Shown here: piece by piece, positions 8,845-18,269 of the stretch
Numbering within the stretch: position 1 is the first letter of the stretch
Layout of the letters: every line of letters begins with the position of its first letter
Assembly: GCA_001777655.1 (NCBI GenBank)
Contig: MFER01000013.1
Coordinates: 2,619-66,618 of the forward strand
DNA: 64,000 nucleotides
From: Candidatus Doudnabacteria bacterium RIFCSPHIGHO2_02_FULL_43_13b
GTDB taxonomy: Bacteria > Patescibacteriota > Doudnabacteria > UBA920 > O2-02-FULL-48-8
Reading direction: 5' to 3'
Position numbers and translations under genes: made by a program
Notes under the pieces: generated by a model
Database searches by the model: none
What the model saw: only the letters and a program-made list of their open reading frames with translations
Told to the model about the DNA's origin: nothing

Positions 8845-9348
8845 TTATTCAGTCAAATCCCGGCAATTATTCATCCATGTCTCCATGCCAAGCGCTAATA
8901 ATCTTCTAATAAGGTTTATTGAATCTTGCCATGCTCTAATCATATCTATAATTACACTATCATCAAACCGTTGGAAATCCTCTATAGCTGCTTCGTATAC
9001 TCCGATCCGGTACAACAAATCATTAATATTCTTCACCAGACCTGCACAATTAACCTCTCCATCTCTATCACAATCTTGGTCATCTCCTGAACAAGGATTA
9101 TCGGTACTGGCGCTACTTATGTTAAAAGAAATTCTTGAATCACTGACTATAATTTTACTGAAATCATAATTTTGTACAAAAGCGTTTTTATCTTTAGCTT
9201 GGTCATACTCTTGGGCGAAAGCTGTAAATCTCTGAGCGGTTTGCTTCGCCTCATACTGCTCCATTCCCCACTGCACCCCCAACGTGGCCAAGACCCCGGC
9301 CAAGATACCTCCCGCGACCCATTTGGTCGCTTGTTCACTAAATTTCAT
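8845..9348 (-). CDS. membrane-anchored hypothetical protein, paralog of 4063-4626
   Basis: N-terminal TM, SGDDQ motif, conserved Cys positions. Confidence 0.75.
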   Translation of the reverse strand: MKFSEQATKWVAGGILAGVLATLGVQWGMEQYEAKQTAQRFTAFAQEYDQAKDKNAFVQNYDFSKIIVSDSRISFNISSASTDNPCSGDDQDCDRDGEVNCAGLVKNINDLLYRIGVYEAAIEDFQRFDDSVIIDMIRAWQDSINLIRRLLALGMETWMNNCRDLTE

Positions 9349-9376
9349 TTGATTTATATTAATTGCTTCTGCTTTT

Positions 9377-9406
9377 ATTCTACCCCCCCCCGATAAGTTT
9401 AGTCAA
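9377..9406 (-). promoter_or_regulatory. sigma70-like promoter with G9 homopolymer in an 18-bp spacer
   Basis: TTGACT-AAACTTATC-G9-TAGAAT. Confidence 0.65.
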
Positions 9407-9410
9407 ATGA

Positions 9411-10088
9411 TTACTTGAGTAAATCTGGTCTTCGTTTTTTTGTGCGCTTTAGGGCTTCTTTTGCTCGCCACGCGGCAATCTTGGCGTGGTTGCCGGAAAG
9501 CAATACCTTAGGCACTTTTTTACCCTTGAAATTTTCCGGCCTCGTGTATTGTGGGTACTCCAATAATCCGTCTGAAAAACTTTCCTGTACTAATGATTCT
9601 GACTTACCCACGACTCCGGGAACTAATCGCGCGACTGTATCCAAAACCGCCAGCGCCGGGATTTCCCCGCCGGTTAAGACAAAATCCCCAATGCAAATTT
9701 CCATATCAACCATAGAACGGATCCGTTCATCGAATCCTTCATAACGTCCGCAGATAAGGACCAAGGTCTTGTAGTCAGCCAATTTATTGGCTATTTTTTG
9801 ATTGAATTTTTGTCCTTGTGGCGTTAGTAAAATTATTTTTGAATTTTGAATTTTGAATTTTGATTTCAAAGCACGGAGTGCTTTGGCCATGATATCCACT
9901 CGCAACACCATCCCCGCTCCGCCGCCATAAGGAGGCAAGTCCACGACTTTGTGCGGCCCCTCACCAAAGTCGCGCAAATTGACTAATTCAATTTTAATTA
10001 TTTTTTTCGCTACCGCGCGCTTAAGCAAGCTTATATTAAAATAAGACTCAAAGGCTTCGGGAAAGAGTGTTAGTATTATGAACCTCAT
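9411..10088 (-). CDS. trmD: tRNA (guanine37-N1)-methyltransferase
   Basis: PYGGGAGM, CGRYEGFDER, IGDFVLTGGE, YPQYTRP. Confidence 0.96.
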   Translation of the reverse strand: MRFIILTLFPEAFESYFNISLLKRAVAKKIIKIELVNLRDFGEGPHKVVDLPPYGGGAGMVLRVDIMAKALRALKSKFKIQNSKIILLTPQGQKFNQKIANKLADYKTLVLICGRYEGFDERIRSMVDMEICIGDFVLTGGEIPALAVLDTVARLVPGVVGKSESLVQESFSDGLLEYPQYTRPENFKGKKVPKVLLSGNHAKIAAWRAKEALKRTKKRRPDLLK

Positions 10089-10120
10089 TTTTTAAAATCC
10101 GCCGTGAGGCGGATTTTGTT

Positions 10121-10444
10121 TTATAGCTTGAATTCGTCAATGTCAGATGTAAGATCTTGGGCCGGTTGCGCTTCGCGAGCTGGCCGGCGGGACCCTTCTG
10201 GTTCGTAAATCTTGAGGTTTACTCGAGACTTTCTTTTTGCCCCGACCACTCGAAGCAGGGTCCGAATGGATTTGGCGGTTTGTCCTTGGCGACCAATTAC
10301 TTGCCCCATATCTTCCGGATGAAGATGAAGAGTAATCAATACTCCCATCTCATCAACAGTACGCTCGGTTTTCACATCTTCTGGATGATCAACCAGCGCA
10401 CGGACGAGGTATTCTACGAATTCCTGATCTTGTTCTTGTGCCAT
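10121..10444 (-). CDS. khpA: KH-domain RNA-binding protein
   Basis: DMGQVIGRQGQTAKSIRTL; rpsP-khpA-trmD synteny. Confidence 0.9.
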   Translation of the reverse strand: MAQEQDQEFVEYLVRALVDHPEDVKTERTVDEMGVLITLHLHPEDMGQVIGRQGQTAKSIRTLLRVVGAKRKSRVNLKIYEPEGSRRPAREAQPAQDLTSDIDEFKL

Positions 10445-10539
10445 TGCAGTATTGGTTAATTTCTTTTAAAGAACCCTGATTTCGGCCTGATTCGACTAAA
10501 TCTCGCCTGGATCAGTATTTCGAAAACATTATAACAAAA

Positions 10540-10860
10540 TTAGGCCACGGCTTCAACTTTTACATCAATAGGCTTTTCTTCTTTAGCCTTTTTCTTCGGT
10601 CGCCAAGCTTTAACCTTTTTTCCTTCAATCATTTTCTTTTCTACCAATAGATTATGGACAGTTGGTGAAACATGGACGTGTTGAGCAAGCCAATGCTGCA
10701 ATCGTTCCGGATTTTTGATACCAAATTCTTTCCGGTGCGGATTATAATGTCCTAATACCTCAATCACCTGCTTGCTCGCGGCTCTATACGCTTGCGCCAA
10801 AACCACCCTAAAGCTAGGTTTATTTTTAGTCCCAGTCCGTTGTAGTCGTATCGTCAGCAT
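10540..10860 (-). CDS. rpsP: 30S ribosomal protein S16
   Basis: MLTIRLQRTG.KN.P.FRVV, EVLGHYNP. Confidence 0.95.
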   Translation of the reverse strand: MLTIRLQRTGTKNKPSFRVVLAQAYRAASKQVIEVLGHYNPHRKEFGIKNPERLQHWLAQHVHVSPTVHNLLVEKKMIEGKKVKAWRPKKKAKEEKPIDVKVEAVA

Positions 10861-10861
10861 A

Positions 10862-11004
10862 CCCGGTAGTGAAAGTTCGGTTTAATAATAAATGAATTTA
10901 AAAAAATAATATCCTTAATCTAGATAATTCCGGTAATCTATAATCCGATGTTAATCTTTATCTGTTCCGCTTCGCGGAACAGATATCGAACTTCTACTAC
11001 CGGG
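10862..11004. mobile_element. start-codon inverted-repeat element (rpsP copy)
   Basis: CCCGGTAGT...ACTACCGGG ends; CATA at 10858-10861 and 11005-11008; internal GCGAAGC-capped hairpin. Confidence 0.7.
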
Positions 11005-11047
11005 CATATTTTATGCTTGCGTAGTATAACAAAAATTTAAAATTTGG

Positions 11048-11656
11048 TCAACGCTTAAAGTGTCGCCTAATCCACCAAGCGATACCGACCAAAATCAAAA
11101 TCACGATCAGAACATCAAATTTTTGAAAATACCCTTGTAATTGCGCCCAATTTTCTCCCAGCTTAAAACCCAAATAGGCCAGAAAATAAGACCAAATAAA
11201 CGAACCTAAAAAATACAAGCTCAAAAATGTTTTGAGCTTAACCTTACCGATACCGGCAGGGATCGAGATGAACGTTCGCACGATCGGCGTCATGCTCCCC
11301 AACAAAGTTGCCCAATTACCAAATTTGGCAAAAAACTTTTGGGTTAACTGCAAATCATACTCGTTGATCAACACAAACCTGCCATATTTTTTGATTAATG
11401 CAGTCCCGCCATAAAAACCTAAACCATAGGTTAAAAGCGCCCCAATGATCGAAGCGCCACTGGCGACCAAGGCGAGTAAAAAAAGTGAAAATCTTCCAGA
11501 GGCTGCCAGAAAACCGGCAAACGGCATGATAACTTCCGAAGGGATAGGAACAGCCGCGGATTGAACTGCCATCAAAACTGCCACGCCTAAATAACCCAAC
11601 TGATCAATGGTCTGGATAACAAAATTTGTAATTGATGAGAGTAAATCAGTTAACAT
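11048..11656 (-). CDS. DedA family membrane protein
   Basis: PIPSEVIMPFAG, P.VRTFISIPAG. Confidence 0.92.
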   Translation of the reverse strand: MLTDLLSSITNFVIQTIDQLGYLGVAVLMAVQSAAVPIPSEVIMPFAGFLAASGRFSLFLLALVASGASIIGALLTYGLGFYGGTALIKKYGRFVLINEYDLQLTQKFFAKFGNWATLLGSMTPIVRTFISIPAGIGKVKLKTFLSLYFLGSFIWSYFLAYLGFKLGENWAQLQGYFQKFDVLIVILILVGIAWWIRRHFKR

Positions 11657-11659
11657 AAG

Positions 11660-13789
11660 TTACTCGACTAATTGCTCGGCTTTTTCAAGTTTAATCGACA
11701 GAACCTTTGACATCCCCCGATCGTCCATGGTCACGCCATACAAGGTATGGGCTTGCCGCATGGTCTCGCGGTTGTGGGTAATAGTTACAAACTGTGTTTG
11801 ATGGGACAATGTCCCCAAAATTTTCGCAAACCGAATGGAGTTGGCTTCATCCAGTGCCGCATCCACTTCATCCAAAACCACGAAGGGTGAAGGATAGCAA
11901 GCCAACATACTGCAAAGCAGAGCAATGGCCGTCATCGCCCGCTCGCCGCCGGATAACGCAGTAATCGTCGTCAGTTTTTTACCGGGAGGAGTTGCTCGAA
12001 TTTCAATCCCGACAATTTCCGACGCGGGTTTTTTGGGCCGAATCCCGTCCAGTTGCTCTTTGGATTCTGTTTCTGATTCCTCTTCTTCTGATAATTCCTC
12101 ATTAACTGTCGCCTTTAGCAAACTCATCTGGGCCCGACCGCCATTGAATAAAATTCTAAAATATTCCGAAAATTTTTCTGAAATTCTGCTAAATGCTTCA
12201 TCAAATTGTTGTTTGATCACATGATCCAATTCGTCAATCACGGACCGTAAATCAACCGAAGCCTGGGATAAATCTTGGGACTGGGACGACAAATAATCAA
12301 ACCGTTCTTCTGTTTCTTTGTATTCCTTAATAGTTGCTTCATCAACTCCACCAGCCAACTCTAGTTGATGTTTCAGTTTGGCAATTTTATTTATCAAATC
12401 AGGCGAGGTTTGAGCTTGCTTAAAATCAGAAAAATCAGGAATCTCACCAAAAATTTCCAAAACCTCTTTATTTAAATTTTCTAATCTTGTATCAATTCTG
12501 ACTTTTTCCACCAAAATTGAGTTCCGTTCATCTTTTAGTTTGGTCAGCTCCGTGTTTTTTTGGCGAAATTGTTTCTCTTCATTCGATAAAAAGGTTCTTT
12601 TTTGTTTTTCCTCTACGATTAGCTTTGCCTTGGTCTTTCTCTGTCCTTCCATTTCCCTGCTAATCTCTGCCAACTGCTGATTTAGAGCTTCTTGTTTTGT
12701 AAGCAATTCGGTCTTTTTTACCTGACCAAAATCCGCAACCAAAACTTTTAATTTTTGTTTAATCTCTGCAATGTTGGCGAGGCTAAGTGTGTCCAAAATC
12801 GCCTCAAATGAATTTTTAAATTCCATAAAATCCATGCCGGAAGGAAGCTGGGATTTTAACAAGCCTCGAATTTCCGCTAATTTTTCCAATAACCCAAACC
12901 TGCTGTCTTCTAAGCTTTGGAGCTTTTTCTCAAGGATATCTAGAAAGTCATTTGACTTTTCTGTCTGTCGCTCTTCCCTGTCAACTCTTGTTTGGAAATT
13001 TTTAATTTCAGCTTCGAATTTGGCAGTTTGGCTATTTTTCAGCTCCAGATTTTTTGAAACTACACTAAGCTCAGCCTCAAGCAAAAAATACTGATTGCCA
13101 AAATATTGCTTCTGTAAGACGGACAGCTCATTGGCAATCAATTCCCGCTCCGCCATGCGTTTCGCCTGTCGCCTCAGTGATCGTAATCTCGGTTCGATTT
13201 CCTTTAACAAATCAGCGACTCGCGATAAATTCTCTTCGGTTTGCTCAAGCCGCCTGGTGGTTTTTTCCCGTTTCAGATAATACGGTTTAACCCCGGACGC
13301 TTCTTCAATTAAATTTTTAATTTCAGCCGGACCGGCAATCACCAACTGGTCAATCGTTCCTTGCCCGATCACAGTATAATTGACAGCTCCAAATCCCGAA
13401 CGAATTAGAGCATCCACAATATCTAAAAGCCTGACCTTCTGATGATTGATTAAATATTCGGAATCGCCGTTACGGAACAGTTGCCTGGTGATCACCACTT
13501 CTGAATATTCTAAGGGCATTTTATGATCGCGGTTGTCAAAAGTTAAAGACACCTCCGCCATCGAAAGCTTAGATTTTTTATCACTCCCTGCAAAAATCAC
13601 GTCTTCAGATCTTTTCCCGCGCAAAAGTTTGAGTGATTGCTCGCCCATTACCCATCGAACCGCATCTGCGACATTCGATTTGCCGCTACCATTTGGTCCG
13701 ACAATTCCCGTAAACCCTGGATCAAAATCCAAAACAGTCTTATGGGCAAATGATTTAAACCCGTGAAGTTCTAACCTTTTTAGATACAT
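11660..13789 (-). CDS. smc: SMC-family ATPase (short form)
   Basis: GFKSFA, GPNGSGKSN, LSGGE, VLDEVDAALD, ITH; coiled coils. Confidence 0.85.
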   Translation of the reverse strand: MYLKRLELHGFKSFAHKTVLDFDPGFTGIVGPNGSGKSNVADAVRWVMGEQSLKLLRGKRSEDVIFAGSDKKSKLSMAEVSLTFDNRDHKMPLEYSEVVITRQLFRNGDSEYLINHQKVRLLDIVDALIRSGFGAVNYTVIGQGTIDQLVIAGPAEIKNLIEEASGVKPYYLKREKTTRRLEQTEENLSRVADLLKEIEPRLRSLRRQAKRMAERELIANELSVLQKQYFGNQYFLLEAELSVVSKNLELKNSQTAKFEAEIKNFQTRVDREERQTEKSNDFLDILEKKLQSLEDSRFGLLEKLAEIRGLLKSQLPSGMDFMEFKNSFEAILDTLSLANIAEIKQKLKVLVADFGQVKKTELLTKQEALNQQLAEISREMEGQRKTKAKLIVEEKQKRTFLSNEEKQFRQKNTELTKLKDERNSILVEKVRIDTRLENLNKEVLEIFGEIPDFSDFKQAQTSPDLINKIAKLKHQLELAGGVDEATIKEYKETEERFDYLSSQSQDLSQASVDLRSVIDELDHVIKQQFDEAFSRISEKFSEYFRILFNGGRAQMSLLKATVNEELSEEEESETESKEQLDGIRPKKPASEIVGIEIRATPPGKKLTTITALSGGERAMTAIALLCSMLACYPSPFVVLDEVDAALDEANSIRFAKILGTLSHQTQFVTITHNRETMRQAHTLYGVTMDDRGMSKVLSIKLEKAEQLVE

Positions 13790-13801
13790 TGATGTTTATT
13801 T

Positions 13802-14485
13802 CTAAAGCTCGGAGACTTTCAGCCCATTTTCGGCAGCGGAAATTTCTGCTTCTTGTTTGGAAGGACCCTTGCCCGTGGCGATTTGCTTCTCCCCGATAAA
13901 AACGCCGACTTCAAAATTTTTATTATGGTCCGGACCCCATTCCGCCAAAACTTTATAATGCGGAGTGACTCCCAGTTTTTCCTGAGCCAGCTCCTGGAAT
14001 TTACTTTTTGGATCCAAAATTTGACCATCCGACATGATCTGGTTTAAGTGTTTAATCACAAACTCATCAATAAACTTTTTCACCGTTTCAAATCCACCAT
14101 CGAGATAAATTGCGCCAATCAATGCTTCGAGCGCGTTGGCTAAAATCACCTGCCTGGCGCGACCGATGTCTTTCGACTCGCCTTTGGAAAGTAAAATAAA
14201 ATTTTCTAAATCCAAATCAGCCGCAATTTCTGACAACATTTTATAATTCACCAGGGCGGAGCGAAAATTCGTCAGCTCTCCTTCTGGGTTAGGGTAATGG
14301 GAATATAGATATTCAGTAGTAATTAATTCCAAAACCGCATCACCTAAAAATTCCAAGCGTTCGTTGTGAGGTAGTGGCCATTTCCGATTCTCGTTTAAAT
14401 AAGACCGGTGGGTCAGAGCGGTTTGCAATAAATCGCGGTCTTTAAATTGAATCTGAATTTGTTTTTCTAATTCTGATAATTCCAT
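13802..14485 (-). CDS. rnc: ribonuclease III
   Basis: HNERLEFLGDAVL signature plus dsRBD. Confidence 0.96.
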   Translation of the reverse strand: MELSELEKQIQIQFKDRDLLQTALTHRSYLNENRKWPLPHNERLEFLGDAVLELITTEYLYSHYPNPEGELTNFRSALVNYKMLSEIAADLDLENFILLSKGESKDIGRARQVILANALEALIGAIYLDGGFETVKKFIDEFVIKHLNQIMSDGQILDPKSKFQELAQEKLGVTPHYKVLAEWGPDHNKNFEVGVFIGEKQIATGKGPSKQEAEISAAENGLKVSEL

Positions 14486-14508
14486 ATTCTGGAAACGTCA
14501 AACGTTTC

Positions 14509-14585
14509 TGGTGGACGCGCTCAGATTCGAACTGAGGACCTTCTCGACGTCAACGAGACGCTCTAACCAGCTGAGCTACGCGTCC
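14509..14585 (-). tRNA. tRNA-Val(GAC)
   Basis: Cloverleaf; anticodon arm TCTCG-TTGACGT-CGAGA; GTTCGAAT T-loop; encoded CCA. Confidence 0.93.
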
Positions 14586-14589
14586 TAAC

Positions 14590-15438
14590 TTATATAACCT
14601 CTGGTTGAGGAACAGCTTTTGCTTCCTCCAGTTTTTGAGGTTTAACTAACTGATTAAACAACAAAAACCAACTGGCTTGTTGAAAAACGATCAACCACGC
14701 TTGAGTGCTTAAAAAAACAATTGAGCCAAATAAAAATAACAGCAAGCTCAATATCAATCCTCCTTTATAATACGATATCAGTGCCAAAATCACAAATGGA
14801 GAAGCCAAGGCGGCTCCGGTAATTATTCCGCCCAATAGTATGAGGGTCAGGATCAAGCCGGCCTTGAGTAATTTTGTCCAAAACTGCCCGATAAAATTCA
14901 GGCTATTTTTTACACTATCCATAAAGGAAAGATTGAAAATCACGATAAACAGCGGACCAAAAATATTCAACATCCAAATCACAAACAACAAAGGAAACAG
15001 CACCAAGCTTCCCAAGATTGAAAGCAGGACGGCGCGGATGATCAGATCGTGGGAATAAAGATAAGCAATCGGCGAAATAATAATTATGATGGATAAAAAT
15101 AAAAGTGTTTGAACACTAATAGTCAACCACAACAGGCGAACCACAAATAAACCTCCGGTCGAAAATGAGCGGCGAAAAGAGACTTCTTTTTTTTCCGATA
15201 AGGTCCGCAGGGCTAAAATCATGCCGGCTTTGGCGCGAAAATAGACTAAGAGTAACAAACAAACCAGAAAAAGGATCAGTAAAAAATTACTCAGATCATC
15301 CCAAGTATTTATACTATAAAAAAAGTTTATTAAATTGCCAAAAATCAATAACAGGCCATACCGCCACAAAACTTTCTCTTGTTTTGTGATTTCGTAGGCC
15401 TGTTTGAAAATATTAGACAGTGGCTGCAGATGGTTCAA
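14590..15438 (-). CDS. multi-pass membrane protein
   Basis: About 6 hydrophobic segments. Confidence 0.75.
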   Translation of the reverse strand: MNHLQPLSNIFKQAYEITKQEKVLWRYGLLLIFGNLINFFYSINTWDDLSNFLLILFLVCLLLLVYFRAKAGMILALRTLSEKKEVSFRRSFSTGGLFVVRLLWLTISVQTLLFLSIIIIISPIAYLYSHDLIIRAVLLSILGSLVLFPLLFVIWMLNIFGPLFIVIFNLSFMDSVKNSLNFIGQFWTKLLKAGLILTLILLGGIITGAALASPFVILALISYYKGGLILSLLLFLFGSIVFLSTQAWLIVFQQASWFLLFNQLVKPQKLEEAKAVPQPEVI

Positions 15439-17290
15439 GAAGTGATGGTTTAGCTAATTTTTCTTTGGGGATAATATCCGAAACCAATGCTTCAAACTCC
15501 CTTCGCTCAATGGTTTCTTTTTCGATCAGTCTTTGAGCAATCAAGGTCAAATGTTTACGATATTTCTTAAGAATATCCGCGGCGGTCTTGTAGGCCCGCT
15601 CGATAAAACCCGAGACTTCTTCGTCAATTTTCGCCGCCACTTTTTCTGAATAATTTTTTTGCTCAGCAATTTCACGACCCAAAAAAATCATGTCATGGGT
15701 TTCGCCAAACGTCATGGGACCCAAATTTTCCGACATACCATAACTAGTGACCAATTTGCGGGCTAAGGTTGTCGCTACTTTCAAATCATTTGACGCCCCA
15801 GTGGTCAGTTCGTTGAAAATCATCTTTTCTGTGGTGTACCCGCCTAACGAAACCGCCAAGTCGGCCAAAAACTCCGATTTGGAGTGAAGATTTTTATCTT
15901 CGGTCGGCAGCTTCATGGTGAAACCGGCGGCCCGACCCCGCGAAACAATCGAAACTTTATGCACTGGATCGGCATGAGGCAAAACTGTGGCTACCAAGGC
16001 GTGCCCGGCTTCATGCCAAGCGGCAATTTCTTTTTCTTTCTTGGATAACAAGTGGCTTTTCCGCTCCGGTCCCAACATAACCTTCTCAATCGCGGTCAGT
16101 AATTCAAGTTGAGACACTTCTTTTAGATTTTTGCGGGCGGCTAAAATCGCCCCTTCATTCATCAAATTCGACAAATCAGCGCCAGTAAACCCAGGGGTTC
16201 GTTCGGCAACGGATCGCAAATTGACATTCTTCGATAACGGCTTGCCTTTCGCGTGGACTTTCAAAATCGCTTCCCGATCCGCAATATCCGGCGGGTCCAA
16301 AACTACCTGCCGGTCAAACCGACCCGGGCGAAGCAGGGCTGGGTCCAACACATCAGGGCGGTTGGTGGCCGCAACAACTATGACGTTTGCGTCAGATTCA
16401 AACCCGTCCATCTCCACTAAAATTTGATTCAGGGTTTGCTCGCGTTCATCATGGGAACCGCCCAAGCCCGCTCCCCGCTGTCGTCCCACTGCGTCAATCT
16501 CGTCAATAAACACAATACACGGGGCATTGCGCTTGGCTTTCTTAAATAAATCACGGACTCGAGAAGCTCCCACTCCGACGAACATTTCTACAAATTCCGA
16601 TCCAGAGATGTGGAAAAAAGGCACATTGGCTTCCCCAGCCACTGCTCGGGCCACTAAAGTTTTACCAACCCCCGGGGGTCCTAACAACAGGACTCCTCTT
16701 GGAATCCTCGCCCCTAATGAAAAGAATTTTTGTGGAAATCGCAAAAACTCGACAATTTCTTTCAATTCTTCTTTGGCTTCTTTGATGCCAGCCACGTCAG
16801 CAAATGTGATTCGACGTTTGCGGTCTGACTCATCCATAAGTTTGGCTCCCGATTGGCCAAACGACATGGCGCGGTTATTCGAACCTTGCACTTGGCGCAT
16901 GAGAAACCAAATAAATAACGCAATCAATAAAAATGGAATCAAAAATGGTAAAATCGTGGAAACCCAAAACGAAGAGGAGCTGCTGGCTTTAACTTCAATT
17001 TTAACCTCTTTGAGTTTGGCTGAATCCACGCCATAATTTTTCAAAGTCTCAGACAAAGCCACTTCCCGTTCCTTAGTGGAAGATTGCTCACTCCCGTCTT
17101 TTAAAAATACCGCCAGTTTATCATCCGTAATTTCGATCCGATCAACCAAGCCCTGATTTACCTCGTCCGCGATTTGTGAAATAGAAACCATATTCGCAGT
17201 GGTATTGTCAGTTTCAAACAAGGTGAAAAACCCGGCCACCACCAGGAAAATTAATAAGATGATCAAAATGTTCCGAATAAATCTATTCAT
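15413..17290 (-). CDS. ftsH: ATP-dependent zinc metalloprotease FtsH
   Basis: 2 [30 protein letters not shown]. Confidence 0.97.
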   Translation of the reverse strand: MNRFIRNILIILLIFLVVAGFFTLFETDNTTANMVSISQIADEVNQGLVDRIEITDDKLAVFLKDGSEQSSTKEREVALSETLKNYGVDSAKLKEVKIEVKASSSSSFWVSTILPFLIPFLLIALFIWFLMRQVQGSNNRAMSFGQSGAKLMDESDRKRRITFADVAGIKEAKEELKEIVEFLRFPQKFFSLGARIPRGVLLLGPPGVGKTLVARAVAGEANVPFFHISGSEFVEMFVGVGASRVRDLFKKAKRNAPCIVFIDEIDAVGRQRGAGLGGSHDEREQTLNQILVEMDGFESDANVIVVAATNRPDVLDPALLRPGRFDRQVVLDPPDIADREAILKVHAKGKPLSKNVNLRSVAERTPGFTGADLSNLMNEGAILAARKNLKEVSQLELLTAIEKVMLGPERKSHLLSKKEKEIAAWHEAGHALVATVLPHADPVHKVSIVSRGRAAGFTMKLPTEDKNLHSKSEFLADLAVSLGGYTTEKMIFNELTTGASNDLKVATTLARKLVTSYGMSENLGPMTFGETHDMIFLGREIAEQKNYSEKVAAKIDEEVSGFIERAYKTAADILKKYRKHLTLIAQRLIEKETIERREFEALVSDIIPKEKLAKPSLLEPSAATV

Positions 17291-17364
17291 GGATAGGTAT
17301 TAAATGCCTAAAAATTTTACAGAAAATTCTTCCTTCTGTCAACCTTGGGAACGCCCAACGTTCT

Positions 17365-17451
17365 TGGTGCCGGGGACAGGAGTTGAACCTGCACACCCTT
17401 TCGGGTACAAGGTCCTAAACCTTGCGTGTCTGCCAATTTCACCACCCCGGC
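17365..17451 (-). tRNA. tRNA-Leu(TAG)
   Basis: Long variable arm; CAAGG-TTTAGGA-CCTTG; CCA. Confidence 0.92.
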
Positions 17452-17513
17452 ATGTTTGCCAGCCTGCCCCGAACTGACGCGAAGCGTCTAGTGCGGGGTT
17501 CCGCCACCCAGGC
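17452..17513 (-). pseudogene. 5' fragment of a tRNA-Leu interrupted by a palindrome
   Basis: GCCTGGGTGGCGGAA-[insert]-TGGCAAACA resembles GCCGGGGTGGTGAAATTGGCAGACA. Confidence 0.5.
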
Positions 17514-17525
17514 TAGTATCAGCAT

Positions 17526-17783
17526 TTACTTATAGACTTCATGCGTCCCTACAGCATGAAAATATATTAATTCACTTGATGCAAGCTCAAAAACAATTCT
17601 GTGTTGATAGTCTATTGAAAAGGACCAAAAATCTCTTAGCCTGCCGGAAAGTTTATGAGTTTTAAGTTTAGGATCAAAAGGATTTTTACGAAATAACTTT
17701 TCTTTTTGTTCAGCAAGTGTTTTTATTTGTTGTGGCAGTTTCCGGTATTCCCTGGCGAATTTAGGAGAATAAACAATTTTCAT
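17526..17783 (-). CDS. RelE/YafQ-family mRNA interferase toxin
   Basis: LKTHKLSG.L...WSFSID...RIVF...VGTH. Confidence 0.88.
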   Translation of the reverse strand: MKIVYSPKFAREYRKLPQQIKTLAEQKEKLFRKNPFDPKLKTHKLSGRLRDFWSFSIDYQHRIVFELASSELIYFHAVGTHEVYK

Positions 17784-17784
17784 T

Positions 17785-18000
17785 TTACCTTAAATCCTTC
17801 AAACTCCGCAAAACCTTTCCACGGCCCCGAGCAATTTGCGTTTGGCTTTCTCGCAGCTCTTGTAATAATTGTTCTTCTTTCCAAAGCCTCATTAAATCTC
17901 GGACAAATTCACTTTTAGTCGCATACCCGCCTTTTTTTACAGCTTCCTCCACCTCTTTTTTTAAAACTTGCGGCATTGATATATTTATTATAGATCTCAT
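17785..18000 (-). CDS. ribbon-helix-helix antitoxin
   Basis: INISMP...GGYATKSEFVRDLMR; upstream of toxin. Confidence 0.85.
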   Translation of the reverse strand: MRSIINISMPQVLKKEVEEAVKKGGYATKSEFVRDLMRLWKEEQLLQELRESQTQIARGRGKVLRSLKDLR

Positions 18001-18089
18001 ATTTTATTTAGCTTTAATAATATATAAGATTGTAATACAATGTGTTACCGTTGTCAAATCTTAAATTTGTTAATCCTCCTCGCTCAGTA

Positions 18090-18118
18090 TTGACAAAATC
18101 TTCAAAATCTGCTAGGAT
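18090..18118 (+). promoter_or_regulatory. sigma70 promoter for the GC-rich operon
   Basis: TTGACA-17 bp-TAGGAT. Confidence 0.65.
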
Positions 18119-18269
18119 ATGCTGTTTACATATTAATTTTGTCTTGCCAGAAGGACAGATATTATAATGTTATCTTTCCTTCCGGCAAAGAGAAATCTTC
18201 GCCGCCTATTTTTTACAGGAGGTTCTTTCATAAACGAATAGCTAGACAATATCACAAGGAAGGTGACGA

